DNA of 63,911 bases, the filler included, from Octopus bimaculoides (Eukaryota): assembly GCF_001194135.2 (NCBI RefSeq). It is 4 parts of 4 records of this genome, joined end to end, with 100 filler letters (N's around TTAATTAATTAA, not from the genome) between each part and the next. Parts side by side here need not be neighbours in the genome. Positions count along the whole stretch, not along the records: positions 1 to 26,346 come from NC_068990.1; 3 more parts are not named here. One strand, written 5' to 3'. Positions within the stretch are counted from its first letter, which is position 1. Each line of letters begins with the position of its first letter. The notes under the pieces were generated by a model. The model searched no databases and was not told the origin of the DNA. It saw only the letters and a list, made by a program, of their open reading frames with translations. This document shows positions 12,128 through 25,267 of this stretch, in pieces. Made by a program: the position numbers and the translations under genes.

Positions 12128-14769
12128 TTATCATCATCATCATCGTCGTCGTTTAACGCCCGCTTTCCATGCTAGCATGGGTTGGACGATTTGACTGAGG
12201 ATTGGTGAAACCAGATGGCTACACCAGGCTCCAATCTGATTTGGCAGAGTTTCTACAGCTGGATGCCCTTCCTAACGCCAACCACTCCGAGAGTGTAGTG
12301 GGTGGTACTGGCAACGGCCAAGCTCAAAATGGTGTATTTTACGTGCCACCTGCACAGGAGCCAGTTCGGTGGCACAGGCAATGATCTCGCTCGAATGTCT
12401 TTACACATGCCATCCAGCACAAGTGCCAGGAAGGCAATGCTGGGCACAGGTGCTATGACGCTTTTGCTTTCGCTTGCCCCAACAAGTCTTCGCAAGCCGA
12501 GTTTTGTGTCCAATGAAGGAGAAGGCATTGGCATGGGTGCCAGTCGTCGAATTTAATTCGATTTCGATTTCACTTGCCTCAACATGTCTTCACAAGTGGA
12601 GTTTAGTGTCCAATGAAGGAAGGTATGCATAAGTGGGCTGGCTGAGGCCTTAGATTTAGGTCTCACTTGACTTGCCAGATCTTCTCACGCACAGCATATT
12701 TCCAGAGGTCTTGGTCAGAATCATCGCCTCGGTGAGGCCCAAAGTTTGAAGGGCGTGCCTCACCACTTCATCCCAGGTCTTTCTGGGCCTACCTCTTCCA
12801 CAGGTTCCCTTAACTGCTAGGGTGTGGTACTTTTTCACACAGCTATCCTCATCCATTCTCGCTACATAACCATACCAGCGCAATCGTCTCTCTTGCACAC
12901 CACAACTGATGCTTCATAAGTTCAACTTTTCTCTGTCTAGTAAGCACACTGACATTACACATCCATCGGAGCATACTGGCTTCATTCCTTGCGAGCCTAT
13001 GCATGTCCACAGCAGTCACGGCCCATGTTTCACTGCCATGTAGCATGGCTGTTCGTACACATGCATCATACAGTCTGCCTTTTACTCTGAGTGAGAGGCC
13101 ACTTGTCACCAGCAGAAGTAAGAGCTCTCTGAACTTGGCCCAGGCTATTCTTATTCTAGCAGCTACACTTTCAGCGCACCCTCCCCNNNNNNNNNNNNNN
13201 NNNNNNNNNNNNNNNNNNNNNNNNNNNNNNNNNNNNNNNNNNNNNNNNNNNNNNNNNNNNNNNNNNNNNNNNNNNNNNNNNNNNNNNNNNNNNNNNNNNN
13301 NNNNNNNNNNNNNNNNNNNNNNNNNNNNNNNNNNNNNNNNNNNNNNNNNNNNNNNNNNNNNNNNNNNNNNNNNNNNNNNNNNNNNNNNNNNNNNNNNNNN
13401 NNNNNNNNNNNNNNNNNNNNNNNNNNNNNNNNNNNNNNNNNNNNNNNNNNNNNNNNNNNNNNNNNNNNNNNNNNNNNNNNNNNNNNNNNNNNNNNNNNNN
13501 NNNNNNNNNNNNNNNNNNNNNNNNNNNNNNNNNNNNNNNNNNNNNNNNNNNNNNNNNNNNNNNNNNNNNNNNNNNNNNNNNNNNNNNNNNNNNNNNNNNN
13601 NNNNNNNNNNNNNNNNNNNNNNNNNNNNNNNNNNNNNNNNNNNNNNNNNNNNNNNNNNNNNNNNNNNNNNNNNNNNNNNNNNNNNNNNNNNNNNNNNNNN
13701 NNNNNNNNNNNNNNNNNNNNNNNNNNNNNNNNNNNNGAGCAGGGCCATCTACCTGAAGGGGTTTGTGTTTTGTCTACCTTCCTACTTATTAGGACTTTGG
13801 TTTTAGCTAGGTTGACTCTAAGGTCCTTCAATTCTAGTCCTTTCTTCCACACCTGAAATTTCTCCTCTAGTTCTGATAGTGACTCAGCAATTAGTGCAAG
13901 GTCATCAGCATAGAGGAGCTCCCAAGGGCATCCTGTCTTGAATTCCTGTTATTGCCTGGAGGACTATGATAAATAGGAGGGGGCTGAGGACAGAGCCTTG
14001 GTGGACCCCTACCTCTACCCGATATTCTTCACTGTACTCATTGCGAACCCTCACCTCACTGACAGCGTCTCTGTACATGGCTCGCACAGCTCTCACTAAC
14101 CATTCTTCTATCCCTAGTTTCCTCATTGACCACCAGATAAGGGATCGGGGGACCGTGTCAAAGGCTTTCTCCATGTCAACGAAAGCCAGGTACAGAGGCT
14201 AGGTATTTCACCTGCAGCTGTCTTACCAGAAATATAGTATCAGTGGTGCTTTTTCCCTGGCATGAACTCAAACTGCATCTCATCTAAACTGACTCTCTGC
14301 CTAATTAGTTGGGCTATGACCCTCTCCGTGACTTTAATTACCTGATCTAACAGCTTGATACCTCTGTAATTATTTGTATCTAAAGTGTCACCTTTACCTT
14401 TGTAGCAGTTGACTATGGTGCTGCTACACCAGTCATTGAGTATGACTCCTTCGTGTATCACCTGGATAACAATACGGGTGACTAGGCTATAGCCGACACT
14501 GCCAGATATTTTGAGCATCTCTGCGGTGATTCTTGAAGGGCAGGGGGCTTTCTCTGTCTTCATGCTCTTAATTGCTTTATCTACCATGGTACTGTCAATT
14601 CAGATAGCTGGTCCCTCTGTTGGGTTGACATTCAGCAGACTCTCTTTCTCCCATTCATTCTCTTTATTGAGCAATCTTTCGTAGTGACGTCTCCAAACCT
14701 CTTTCTTTACAGCCTCGTTTAGTGCAAGCGTACCATCATCCATGCGAACCCATTTCTCTCCCACAACAN
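12128..14769 (-). mobile_element. Long RTE-clade LINE (RT, C-terminus, 3'UTR, (GAT)n tail) with an internal gap
   Basis: ORF pieces NYRGIKLLDQVIKVTER, MEKAFDTVPR...VHQGSVLSPLLF, VNLAKTKV, LHGSETW, RLRWYGYVARM...GRGRPRKTW; stops and frameshifts between them. Confidence 0.92.
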
Positions 14770-15920
14770 NNNNNNNNNNNNNNNNNNNNNNNNNNNNNNN
14801 NNNNNNNNNNNNNNNNNNNNNNNNNNNNNNNNNNNNNNNNNNNNNNNNNNNNNNNNNNNNNNNNNNNNNNNNNNNNNNNNNNNNNNNNNNNNNNNNNNNN
14901 NNNNNNNNNNNNNNNNNNNNNNNNNNNNNNNNNNNNNNNNNNNNNNNNNNNNNNNNNNNNNNNNNNNNNNNNNNNNNNNNNNNNNNNNNNNNNNNNNNNN
15001 NNNNNNNNNNNNNNNNNNNNNNNNNNNNNNNNNNNNNNNNNNNNNNNNNNNNNNNNNNNNNNNNNNNNNNNNNNNNNNNNNNNNNNNNNNNNNNNNNNNN
15101 NNNNNNNNNNNNNNNNNNNNNNNNNNNNNNNNNNNNNNNNNNNNNNNNNNNNNNNNNNNNNNNNNNNNNNNNNNNNNNNNNNNNNNNNNNNNNNNNNNNN
15201 NNNNNNNNNNNNNNNNNNNNNNNNNNNNNNNNNNNNNNNNNNNNNNNNNNNNNNNNNNNNNNNNNNNNNNNNNNNNNNNNNNNNNNNNNNNNNNNNNNNN
15301 NNNNNNNNNNNNNNNNNNNNNNNNNNNNNNNNNNNNNNNNNNNNNNNNNNNNNNNNNNNNNNNNNNNNNNNNNNNNNNNNNNNNNNNNNNNNNNNNNNNN
15401 NNNNNNNNNNNNNNNNNNNNNNNNNNNNNNNNNNNNNNNNNNNNNNNNNNNNNNNNNNNNNNNNNNNNNNNNNNNNNNNNNNNNNNNNNNNNNNNCACAC
15501 ATATAATAACTGTATATAATATATATCATAATGATATTTATTGTCCGATTTGAAGCAACAATTTTTAAATGTAAACAAATGACTGAAAAATGATGAACTA
15601 ACCTGAGGCAGAATTGAACTCACAAATCGACGCTTTCGTGGCTCCTTGCGAATCTGATTGGCCAAATGCTCACCCATCATTTTCAGTCAAATTTAGTTAA
15701 TATATGTTGTCTTGATACAACATAAATAATATATATATACATACAGACACACACTTGTATATATGTACAATAGACTCCTGTACTATTTTTAAAAATTTCA
15801 CTCACAAGATACCTGCCTGGAATAACTCACACATACATATACTGAGTTGCAGCCAGTTTTTCAAGCTGTGAGGATGTGAACTCTGTTTGACTTCTTTCTC
15901 CTTTTCTTCTCTTTTTTCTC

Positions 15921-15957
15921 TGCCCCTGATGAAGAATTGAATCTGAAACATTGGATA
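15921..15957 (+). ncRNA. Degenerate minimal type-I hammerhead ribozyme motif
   Basis: tgccc-CTGATGA-AGA(attgaa)TCT-GAAA-CAT-T-ggata; intact CUGAUGA and GAAA, ACAT instead of palindromic ACGT, imperfect stem I. Confidence 0.45.
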
Positions 15958-17084
15958 TTCCACTCCTTACAGTAAGTTCACTGTATCCCTTTCACTTTTT
16001 TCCATATTTTTTCAATTCTTGCCAATGCAGAGCCTGTTTATCATACATATACTCACATATGCATACATATTTACACAAACATACACACATGCAGGTTTGT
16101 ATGTGTAAGAAAAGACATTGTTATTAGAAAAACAGAAGAAACATTGAACATAGATAAATAAAAAAAAAACACTCTGCATCTAAGAAGATTTTAAAGAAAT
16201 ATATAACTACTCATTTTATTATTTTTTTTATGCATTTCAGTCTGGCAGCTGTGGCAATGTTTGTGCACCACCTATACAGTGTTGGAACACTACATAGGAA
16301 TTTTTATTGCTTTCATTTGAGTTAAAATAAATTCTATAGAAGATTATAAAATTTCTCTAAAATGTTGTTAATCTTTTAATAATTTTTACAACTCACTTGA
16401 AATATCTTTTCCCAATTACTCCATAATAGTATTTTCATATTCAATATACAGTTCACAGCCTCTGAATTATCCTTACTGTTAGACCAAAGATATGTTTAGA
16501 AAAATAATTTCAGTTATATGCAAAATCCTGGTAAAAATAATTCCTGTGATAAACATGTCATGAACATTCCAAATTACTAAATTAATTTTGGCTTAATAAT
16601 TAATTATAAAATTCTGTTTTAAAGCAAAAATAATAGTGTAATCTAACAATAGATTTGTTGATATTTTCCCCATCAATAGCCCTTAGGCTTGTTTGTTCCT
16701 GTCCTGTAAAAGAATGGAAAAAAAAAAATTAATAATATACACTAAAACAAAGTAATTTTGAAATTGAAATTTATTTGAAAAGTTATTTTTATAAAAGTAT
16801 TTTGACTGTGTATAAACAATAAAATTTTGCAGGTGAGATATTTTATGCAGTAAATATTTTAAGCTTTCTAAATGAATGGGTAACAAACTAAGTGCATCTC
16901 ATTCATTGTCGTAATTCTAAGAAAGGTAGAAGTGATAAAAATTATTAACTTGTCTATAAGCAAGAATATTTAGAAAAGTTCCTAATGTTAACTGTAAAGA
17001 ATTAAACCTGAATTTCTGTATTCTTATATAAAAATAACAGCACAGAAACAGGATTCTGTCAATATATATATATATATATATATA

Positions 17085-18814
17085 CTGTAAATCCTCTAGT
17101 ATAATCCGCATTTTTTCCCCAAAACTTAAAGGTCAAAATCCCTAGTGCATACTATATACAAGGTTAAAAATGAAAAATATTTTCTAAGCAATGTCCGAGT
17201 CTCTATTTGCTGTCTGGCAATGTTTATTCAGATGCATTTTGTGATGTCGGGCGCGAAAATACCTTAAGCTTAGCCTGAAAGCAATTAAGTCATAAAAGAA
17301 TCATCCATAACTTGCAGTAAGCAACATTTATTAAAATAAAAGTATTCAGAACACAGAATAACATGTAACAAAAACAATTTGCAAACATATTCACATTCCC
17401 ATATAACAGTGAAGAATATCACCATTATTGTATTATGCATGTGCGGAAGTGTTTGTTCGACTATGTTCTGCTGGCTTAATTACGCATGAATTGTGATTAA
17501 TAGTTTAGCACTAAATAGTTCATCTTGCTGTTTGTATTGGCAGTTTGCATCGTTACTGTGGCAAACAATAATTAAATACCGGTATTAAATGTTTGAACTA
17601 CTAGGGTTTTTTATAAGTGGGACTTAAACCTGTACATTAATCTCCAATAAAACATTTTATACATTACATGCCCATAAAATGCCTCGTAGATCTTATTCAG
17701 CTATGTTTAAACTTATATCATATGCTGAAGAGCATGGTAATAGGGCCGCCGGAAGAAAATTTGATGTTGACGAAAGCAATGTCAGGTTATGGAGAAGAAA
17801 TAAAGATGAAATTAAACAGAAGGCAAGAAGTGGGGAAAAAGCCAAACATCTTGAGCTTTAAAAAATTTTGCTTGAATGGGTAGAGGAAAGAAGACTTGGT
17901 GGAACAGTCATTAATACAGTACATTTGAGGCTACAGGCAAAACTCATTGCTAAAAAGATAAAACTTAATGAGTCAGAATTTAAAGCATCACGTGGCTGGG
18001 CCAGTAACTTTATGTCAAGGCATGACTTGTCTATTAGGAGGCAAACCCACATTTCACAAAAGTTACCAGCTTATATTGAAGAGAAGTTAATGAACTTTCA
18101 AAAGTTTATTATCAAAATGCAACGGGAAAAGGATTACCCATTGTCATTGATTGGTAATGCGGACCAGGCCTCATTAACTTTTGATATGCCAGCAGATAGC
18201 ACAATAGATTTCAGTGGTACATCGTCAATTACAATTAAAACCACGGGCCATGAAAAAAATCGTTTTACCATCATGTTAGCTTGTATGGCTGACGGTACCA
18301 AACTTAAACCTTATATAATATTGTACTAGATGCTTTTAGATGCCACAGAAGTGAAGATAAACTCAAGCATTTAAAAAAAACGTCACAAAACAGATGTTGC
18401 TATCATTCCAGGGGGTATGACCTCCATATTGCAGCCATTAGATGTCTCTATTAACAAAGCGATTAAAAACAAATTGCGTGATTTATGGATTGAATGGATG
18501 TTGACTGGAGAAAAGTCGTTCACTAAAGGTAGAAGGGTTCGCACTCCCGGTCAGACGTTATTAATGTTATTTCTTTATTTTCTGCAAACAAAGTGCACAA
18601 AAAAGCTACACATTTGCATTATGTTATATATACAATAATAATAAAGGACGTTACCATATATATGTTTACAAACCAAGGACGTTATATAGACCTTCTTGAT
18701 TCAAGTTAGAGAAGGGGTTTGTATTATACACAAAGTTTAGGTTTTTCAGAGGTACAGCCCCCTAAAAATCTCCTGCGTATTATACTCAAGGGTGGACTAT
18801 ACTTGAGGATTTAC

Positions 18815-18816
<2 letters not shown>
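17085..18816 (+). mobile_element. pogo-superfamily (POGK/Passer-like) DNA transposon, internally deleted
   Basis: TIRs ctgtaaatcctctagtataatcc vs reverse complement of the right end ccgtaaatcctcaagtatagtcc (20/23); both ends flanked by (TA)n. Confidence 0.9.
17679..18545 (+). pseudogene. pogo transposase remnant (Brinker-type HTH, CENP-B HTH, partial DDE_1)
   Basis: MPRRSYSA.FKL...GNRAAGRKFDVDESNVRLWR; FKASRGWASNFMSRH; IGNADQ..LTFDMP; TTGHEKNRFT; LQPLDVSINK; stops and deletions present. Confidence 0.85.
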
Positions 18817-18849
<33 letters not shown>

Positions 18850-18851
<2 letters not shown>

Positions 18852-18927
18852 TCTTTTACTTGTTTCAGTCTTTTGACTGCGGCCATGCTGGAGCACCACC
18901 TTTAGTCGAAGAAATCGACCCCAGGAC
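18850..18927 (-). mobile_element. 3' end of a family B SINE adjoining a gap
   Basis: cttgtttcagtc...gcggccatgctggagcacc matches the family B 3' end. Confidence 0.75.
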
Positions 18928-21204
18928 NNNNNNNNNNNNNNNNNNNNNNNNNNNNNNNNNNNNNNNNNNNNNNNNNNNNNNNNNNNNNNNNNNNNNNNNN
19001 NNNNNNNNNNNNNNNNNNNNNNNNNNNNNNNNNNNNNNNNNNNNNNNNNNNNNNNNNNNNNNNNNNNNNNNNNNNNNNNNNNNNNNNNNNNNNNNNNNNN
19101 NNNNNNNNNNNNNNNNNNNNNNNNNNNNNNNNNNNNNNNNNNNNNNNNNNNNNNNNNNNNNNNNNNNNNNNNNNNNNNNNNNNNNNNNNNNNNNNNNNNN
19201 NNNNNNNNNNNNNNNNNNNNNNNNNNNNNNNNNNNNNNNNNNNNNNNNNNNNNNNNNNNNNNNNNNNNNNNNNNNNNNNNNNNNNNNNNNNNNNNNNNNN
19301 NNNNNNNNNNNNNNNNNNNNNNNNNNNNNNNNNNNNNNNNNNNNNNNNNNNNNNNNNNNNNNNNNNNNNNNNNNNNNNNNNNNNNNNNNNNNNNNNNNNN
19401 NNNNNNNNNNNNNNNNNNNNNNNNNNNNNNNNNNNNNNNNNNNNNNNNNNNNNNNNNNNNNNNNNNNNNNNNNNNNNNNNNNNNNNNNNNNNNNNNNNNN
19501 NNNNNNNNNNNNNNNNNNNNNNNNNNNNNNNNNNNNNNNNNNNNNNNNNNNNNNNNNNNNNNNNNNNNNNNNNNNNNNNNNNNNNNNNNNNNNNNNNNNN
19601 NNNNNNNNNNNNNNNNNNNNNNNNNNNNNNNNNNNNNNNNNNNNNNNNNNNNNNNNNNNNNNNNNNNTATATATAATTGAGATTCAGTTGAATTAGCACC
19701 AAGTCAGTCCAGTATTATCCGCATAGCTCAAAGTAAGCTGAATAAAATCAAAATAAGCAACAGGATATCAAGAAGTGATGCAGTATGACCGTTTCAAGGG
19801 GCTCCATTTAACTGAACAATGCAATCATTACATCAATTTAAATGCAGTGCTATCATCTGCTGCACAAATAAATAGAATTTTAAGCAGTTGGACACATTAA
19901 TATAATTTTTCTCAAACACTTTAACAGAGCAAGAAGATGAAAGAAATTCATGTTGTCACTATTGTAGCTAAGAATAGACTACACTTCCAAGAATAGCATG
20001 AAGCCTACTGGGGTCATAGCTTGTAAAGGATTGTGGTTCATCTCTAATTTATTTGTCTTTTTTATCAACTACTAAATCTAAGACTACAGGACTGTGTCTG
20101 TTTAGAAATGAAGAGTAAAAGTGAGTTGACAGCTCATGGCTAGGTATGATCATGAATATTGTCATATGTATCCCTTTTCCTCAGGGAGGGAAGAAAACAT
20201 TAGTAGTAAATTGGATATAAAGTAACTGTCTATAAAAGAAGGTTGGGTAGGGGAGGACTCTAAATCATAATGTTAATTACCAGTTAAAAGGACAAGACAC
20301 TAATAAAACCTAGGATGTTAATACAGAGGAAATTTTATCTTGGGGTACTATGGGTGATTGTTTATAAACAATATTATGTTGTATAAAAATAAAATTTAAG
20401 ATTATCAAAAATGATATCATAACCAAAATAGGTAAAATGTATGTATATATCAATTATCAACATTTAAAAAAGAAAGATTACATAGAATCAGTTTAATACT
20501 CATCCATGTACTTAATTAATTACTTATTAGATGGTTTCTATAAAGATTGCTCAGGGCATTTACTTGTGGGATGCTGGAAAGATAAACATGCTATCTATAT
20601 CATATAAATATAAGGCAGGATATGTGTGTGTGTGTAGTTTATGCACGTCTACAAGTTAGCACGCATTTCACTCCAATTTTAGGAGGAGATTCGTCATGAC
20701 CCTATCTGCATTTTCGTCAACTTTTTCTCTCAGAGGTACTCGTGTATAGCTATAAAAATCGATTTTCAACCATAACTTTTACCAATTTTGAAGTTTGTTG
20801 ACATGGCGAAGTCAAACTGCGTACGCGCGTGAAGAAGAGGGGGAGATACAGAGTGTTTGCTAGCGTCTAACAAAAAAAAAAATGAAAAGAAAAAGTGGAA
20901 GAGGGAGACAGAAAGCGTCTAAGCAAAAAAAATGTTTGTNNNNNNNNNNAATCATTTATTTATTTTTAATCGTTCATCTTTCTCCCCCTCTCACTCTCAC
21001 ACACACGCACATATACTACTTTGGGAGCGAAAGAGTTTTGTTTATATTTCACAACAACGATGTAACAAAGAGGTGTATGTAACAATTTGTCAGTGAATTA
21101 CACAATATAAATGGGTAAAATTTCCGAGGCTTCCACCCCACCCCGACCCATTTTTCGGACCACAAAAAGAGTTTGGTAATTTTTCAGATTAACACCCGCA
21201 CGAT

Positions 21205-21390
21205 TTCCACTAGGGTGTTACGGTTAGGATTAACGTTAGGGTTAGGATTAGGGTTGGTGTTNNNNNNNNNNTTCCACTAGGGTGTTACGGTTAGGATTAA
21301 CGTTAGGGTTAGGATTAGGGTTGGTGTTAGGGTTACGGTTTTAGGGTCAGGGTTAGGGTGTTAGGGTTAGGGTTTAGGGTTAGAGTTAAC
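21205..21390 (+). repeat. Interstitial degenerate (TTAGGG)n-like repeat
   Basis: Multiple gttagg/ttaggg units; 21205-21261 is repeated at 21272-21328 across a 10-N gap. Confidence 0.75.
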
Positions 21391-21839
21391 CTAGATGGGA
21401 CAGGCCCCTTATTTTTTGGTTAAGGCTGTTGGTAAGTTTTCCTAAGTTACTCCAATCCAGATCCCCAATGCAAACCTTCAGATCAACCTTCTCCTATGCA
21501 GATCTCTAATGCAACTTAAAAAAAAAAACAGTCAATGAATGGAAATAACCAATAAACTGATTCCTTATGGGATTTCCCAATCAAATTGCCAGCAAACCAT
21601 CTTCAGCCAAACCAATTTCAACGGATTTCGCTCAAATCTGATGTCCATGTTACTTATTTTGGTTTCAAAAAAAGCACTTGAACACTTAATAATCCTAGCT
21701 CAATCCCGGGTAGCGCTGGGCTATACTGCTAGTATTAATTATAAGGCAAGAATCAGAAAAAATAAAGATGTGTACATACACACACACATATTTATATATG
21801 TGCACACATGCACGCATACACATACACAAATATTTGTAC

Positions 21840-24800
21840 GTTTATATGGATATAGCATAACCATCTAGCATAGACTTAAGTAATTGAAAAGTATCTATTT
21901 ACAAACAAGAAAAATAACAATTTATAAGGGATAAGAGGTTAATAGGTTATAAATATTTACATGTTTATATGGATATAATATAACTATCACGCATAGACCT
22001 AAGTAGCAGAAAAATCTCTATTTAAGAATAGTAACAATTTATAAGGGATAAGAGGTTAATAGATAAGGATATCAAAATAAGAAAACAAAATAATAAGAAT
22101 TTATGGTCCACTACTGGAAAATTTTGAAAACGACTTATTTGAACTAATAGCTAATATAAATTCAAAGAACACCCACTTAGAAAAAACTTGCACCTGAAGA
22201 AGCTTAGAGACTTTATTAAATCATTGCAGAACAAACCAGGAATACTTGTACCAGTGGATAAAACTGGAAACTTATATAGAGTGGCCTATATTACCTATAG
22301 AAGACTAATAATGAAAGAACTCAAAGCTAAATATAAAATAACCACGAATGACTATCTATTGGGCATCATCTTAGAAATTAAGGAAATTATGATGGAATAT
22401 GACTTAGTGGGTAGGACCGAACCCTTAAAATCAAATGAACCAAGGATTAACCTCAAGGAGCATAAAAAGAACTGCCAGGATAATCCTGCTCTCAGACTGA
22501 TTTTCCGGACAAAGTCCAATATAGGTTGACTTAGTAAATCTATTCTGGATACTATACTACCTGTAATAATTTCTAATCTATCTCTCAAATTATGGGTTGA
22601 TACAGATGAAATGATATATTGGTTCAAATCCATTGAAAATATACATAATTATTCGTTTATTCAATTTGATATTAACAGTTATTATTTTAGTATATCTCCT
22701 ATTCTTCTTAACAAATCCCTAAGTTTTGCAAAAAAACTCTCTCTCATAACTAGAGATAAAATTGACATTATTCTTTTAGCCAGGAAGACTATCATAGAAT
22801 TTAAGGATAAGCTTTGGGTGAGGTCCAATGCCCCTGATAATTTCAATATAGCTATGGGCTTGAGTGATTCGGCGGAAATTACTAACCTAGTTGGTGCATA
22901 TCTCTTAAAGTGCCTGAATTGCAGGAAGGTTTATATAGAAATAATGCTCTATTTATTATCCCTAGTGACAACAAACTGGTCAGAGAAAGAATGAGAAAAA
23001 GAATTAGAAAATTTTTTAAAAGCTTCAACTTAGGAATTATATTTGAATATGGCACACAGGTGGAAAATTTCTTGGATACAACATCAGACATTAACTCAGG
23101 ATTATGCCATCCCTGTAGGAAACCAGGTGAATTTATGAGGTATGTGAACAAATCATCAAATCACCCCACTAATATTAAAATCAGTAGTCAAAAGTATTTC
23201 TAAAAGAATTATGAAATTATCAGCAAATAAAGACATTTTTAATACCCATTCCCACCACTATAATTTTACTTTGTCAAAGGCAGGATACAACCATGGAATA
23301 ACTTTTCTTAATGCAGAAAGTATAACACCAACTAATAGTAGAAATAACGAGATTTCAAATGCGAGGGAGAATACAGACTTACTTGGATGGGAAAACAGAG
23401 CTACTATGAAAGCATCCAACAAACCCATTAATTTAAATAAAAAGATAAATAACAACAGGAAATTAGATGCTATAACCAGTAGGAATATTAGTTTATATAA
23501 TAAAGATAGTGAGGCAACTGAGTGGATTATGCCACCCTCTAATGATAAAAAAAAATACTAATAATATAGCCATACCTAATAATCAAGTCGTGATTTTGGG
23601 AGGCGTTGAAAGAGCTGGTAAATTCTGCCCTTATATATGTAAGAAAATAATGATTTGGTCAGGTATAACGTTCCTTTCAACTGTGCCATATCCACAAATA
23701 TATATAAGAAATTCATGGCAATTTTAGAAAAAAACTTCCCTGCTTCCCATAGATATAATAGAATATTTTCCCATAAGGCAGTTAGAATCTCATATTCTAC
23801 CCTTCCCAATATAGGTACCATCATAGCAAGGTTAAATAGAAAGAACATAAAATCGGCAAGAGGGGTTAATAATAATAATAATATTGTCAACACTAGTTTA
23901 AACCCCTACAATGAGAATAATATTAATGGAGATGTAGGAATTAGAAACAACAGTACTAACACATCTAATATGTACAATATGGACTATAAATCTAAGGTTT
24001 ATACTAGTACAGGGATTACTGACACAATGCCTGTTGATACTGAGATGAATTTGAATGATACTACAGTTGAAGTAAGTATAAATAATAACAGAAATAAAAT
24101 TAACACATGATAGTAGTAGTAGGAATAATAATAATAATAATAATAATGATAATAATAATAACAACAATAATAATAATATTAATAATAATAATAATGATAG
24201 GAATATCAATAATATTAATAGTAATAATGCTCCTGATTGCAACTGTAGAGTTCCAAAATGTAATTTATAGATGTACAATCATAACTGAGGCTGGTAACTT
24301 TATATATATAAGATGTTTGATAAATATGAAAAAATGTATCAATAACAATTTTTCATCTTTTAGATTCAAACATAAAGCCAATTGTATGTCCTTATCTAGC
24401 AAGAATTGGGAACTGAAGGAAAGCGGGATCGAATTTAGCCTTAAATGGGATATAATATGGAAAGCGCAGCCTTATAGAGATAGTCGATACAGGTGTGAGC
24501 TGTGCTCTATGGAAACCTGTGAGATTTTTAAGAACAACCTCATTAATAGTAGATTAGACCTAAGGGTATCATGCATGCATTGCGTCACCCATACATTTAG
24601 GTATTTTCGAAATTAGTGATTATAGGTGCCATATTTGAAATTAATTTTGGTGTCATATCCGTTGTAAACTTACCCTCTAGCACTAAATATAATAAAATCA
24701 TAGGATATTATATGATGAATTAAATTGCGTTGCATATTTTATAAGCTATATGTTATGGTATGTGGTGTGCTATATGTAATTACTATCCCATGATAACTCC

Positions 24801-25267
24801 TGCCTAGTTAGTCTGACTTCATCATATTTTTGGTGATTAAACTATTTTTTTCATTTCTATGATGTTCTACCCTATTGATCATATTATGTATATTTGTAAA
24901 GGCTTTTATGTAAGTAAGTCTCCTAATTATATACACCCTAGAAACTATAAAATAATGTATATAATAGCACCTTTAATATTACAACTTATAAAATCTCTTC
25001 GGTCTGAATACCTCTAACTGCCCTTGCTATGCCCATACCTACTACTTCTTCTTTTCAGGTTATCTTTATCTCTTCCCTACCTCAAATTTTAATACTCTGT
25101 AATAAATGTAGGTTATATGTATTTCTTATTATTTTCTATAAATTCTTATTTTGTTTTCTTATTTTGATACACTTGCCTCTTATCCCTTATAAGTTATTAC
25201 TGTTCTTAAATAGAGATTTTTCAGCTACTTAGGTCTATGTGAGATGGTTATACTATATTTGTATATG
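21840..25267 (+). mobile_element. Penelope-like element (RT plus C-terminal GIY-YIG), decayed, with inverted terminal repeats (pseudo-LTR)
   Basis: PVDKTGN, LKEHK..PALRLI..KSNIG, FDINSYY, MGLSDSAEITNLVG, GLYRNNAL (YRDD-like), YVNKSSNHP, TNI..KF..LEKNFP..RISYS..PNI, and NVIYRC...FIYI...LS...WELK...LKWDII...CELC; 21965-22104 is the reverse complement of 25138-25267. Confidence 0.85.

Noticed and set aside
12190-12225. CTGAGGA...GAAA in the RTE 3'UTR
   Set aside because: No room for stem II and no stem I or NUH; not a hammerhead
21205-21328. Exact 57-bp direct repeat around a 10-N gap
   Set aside because: Most likely an unmerged contig overlap
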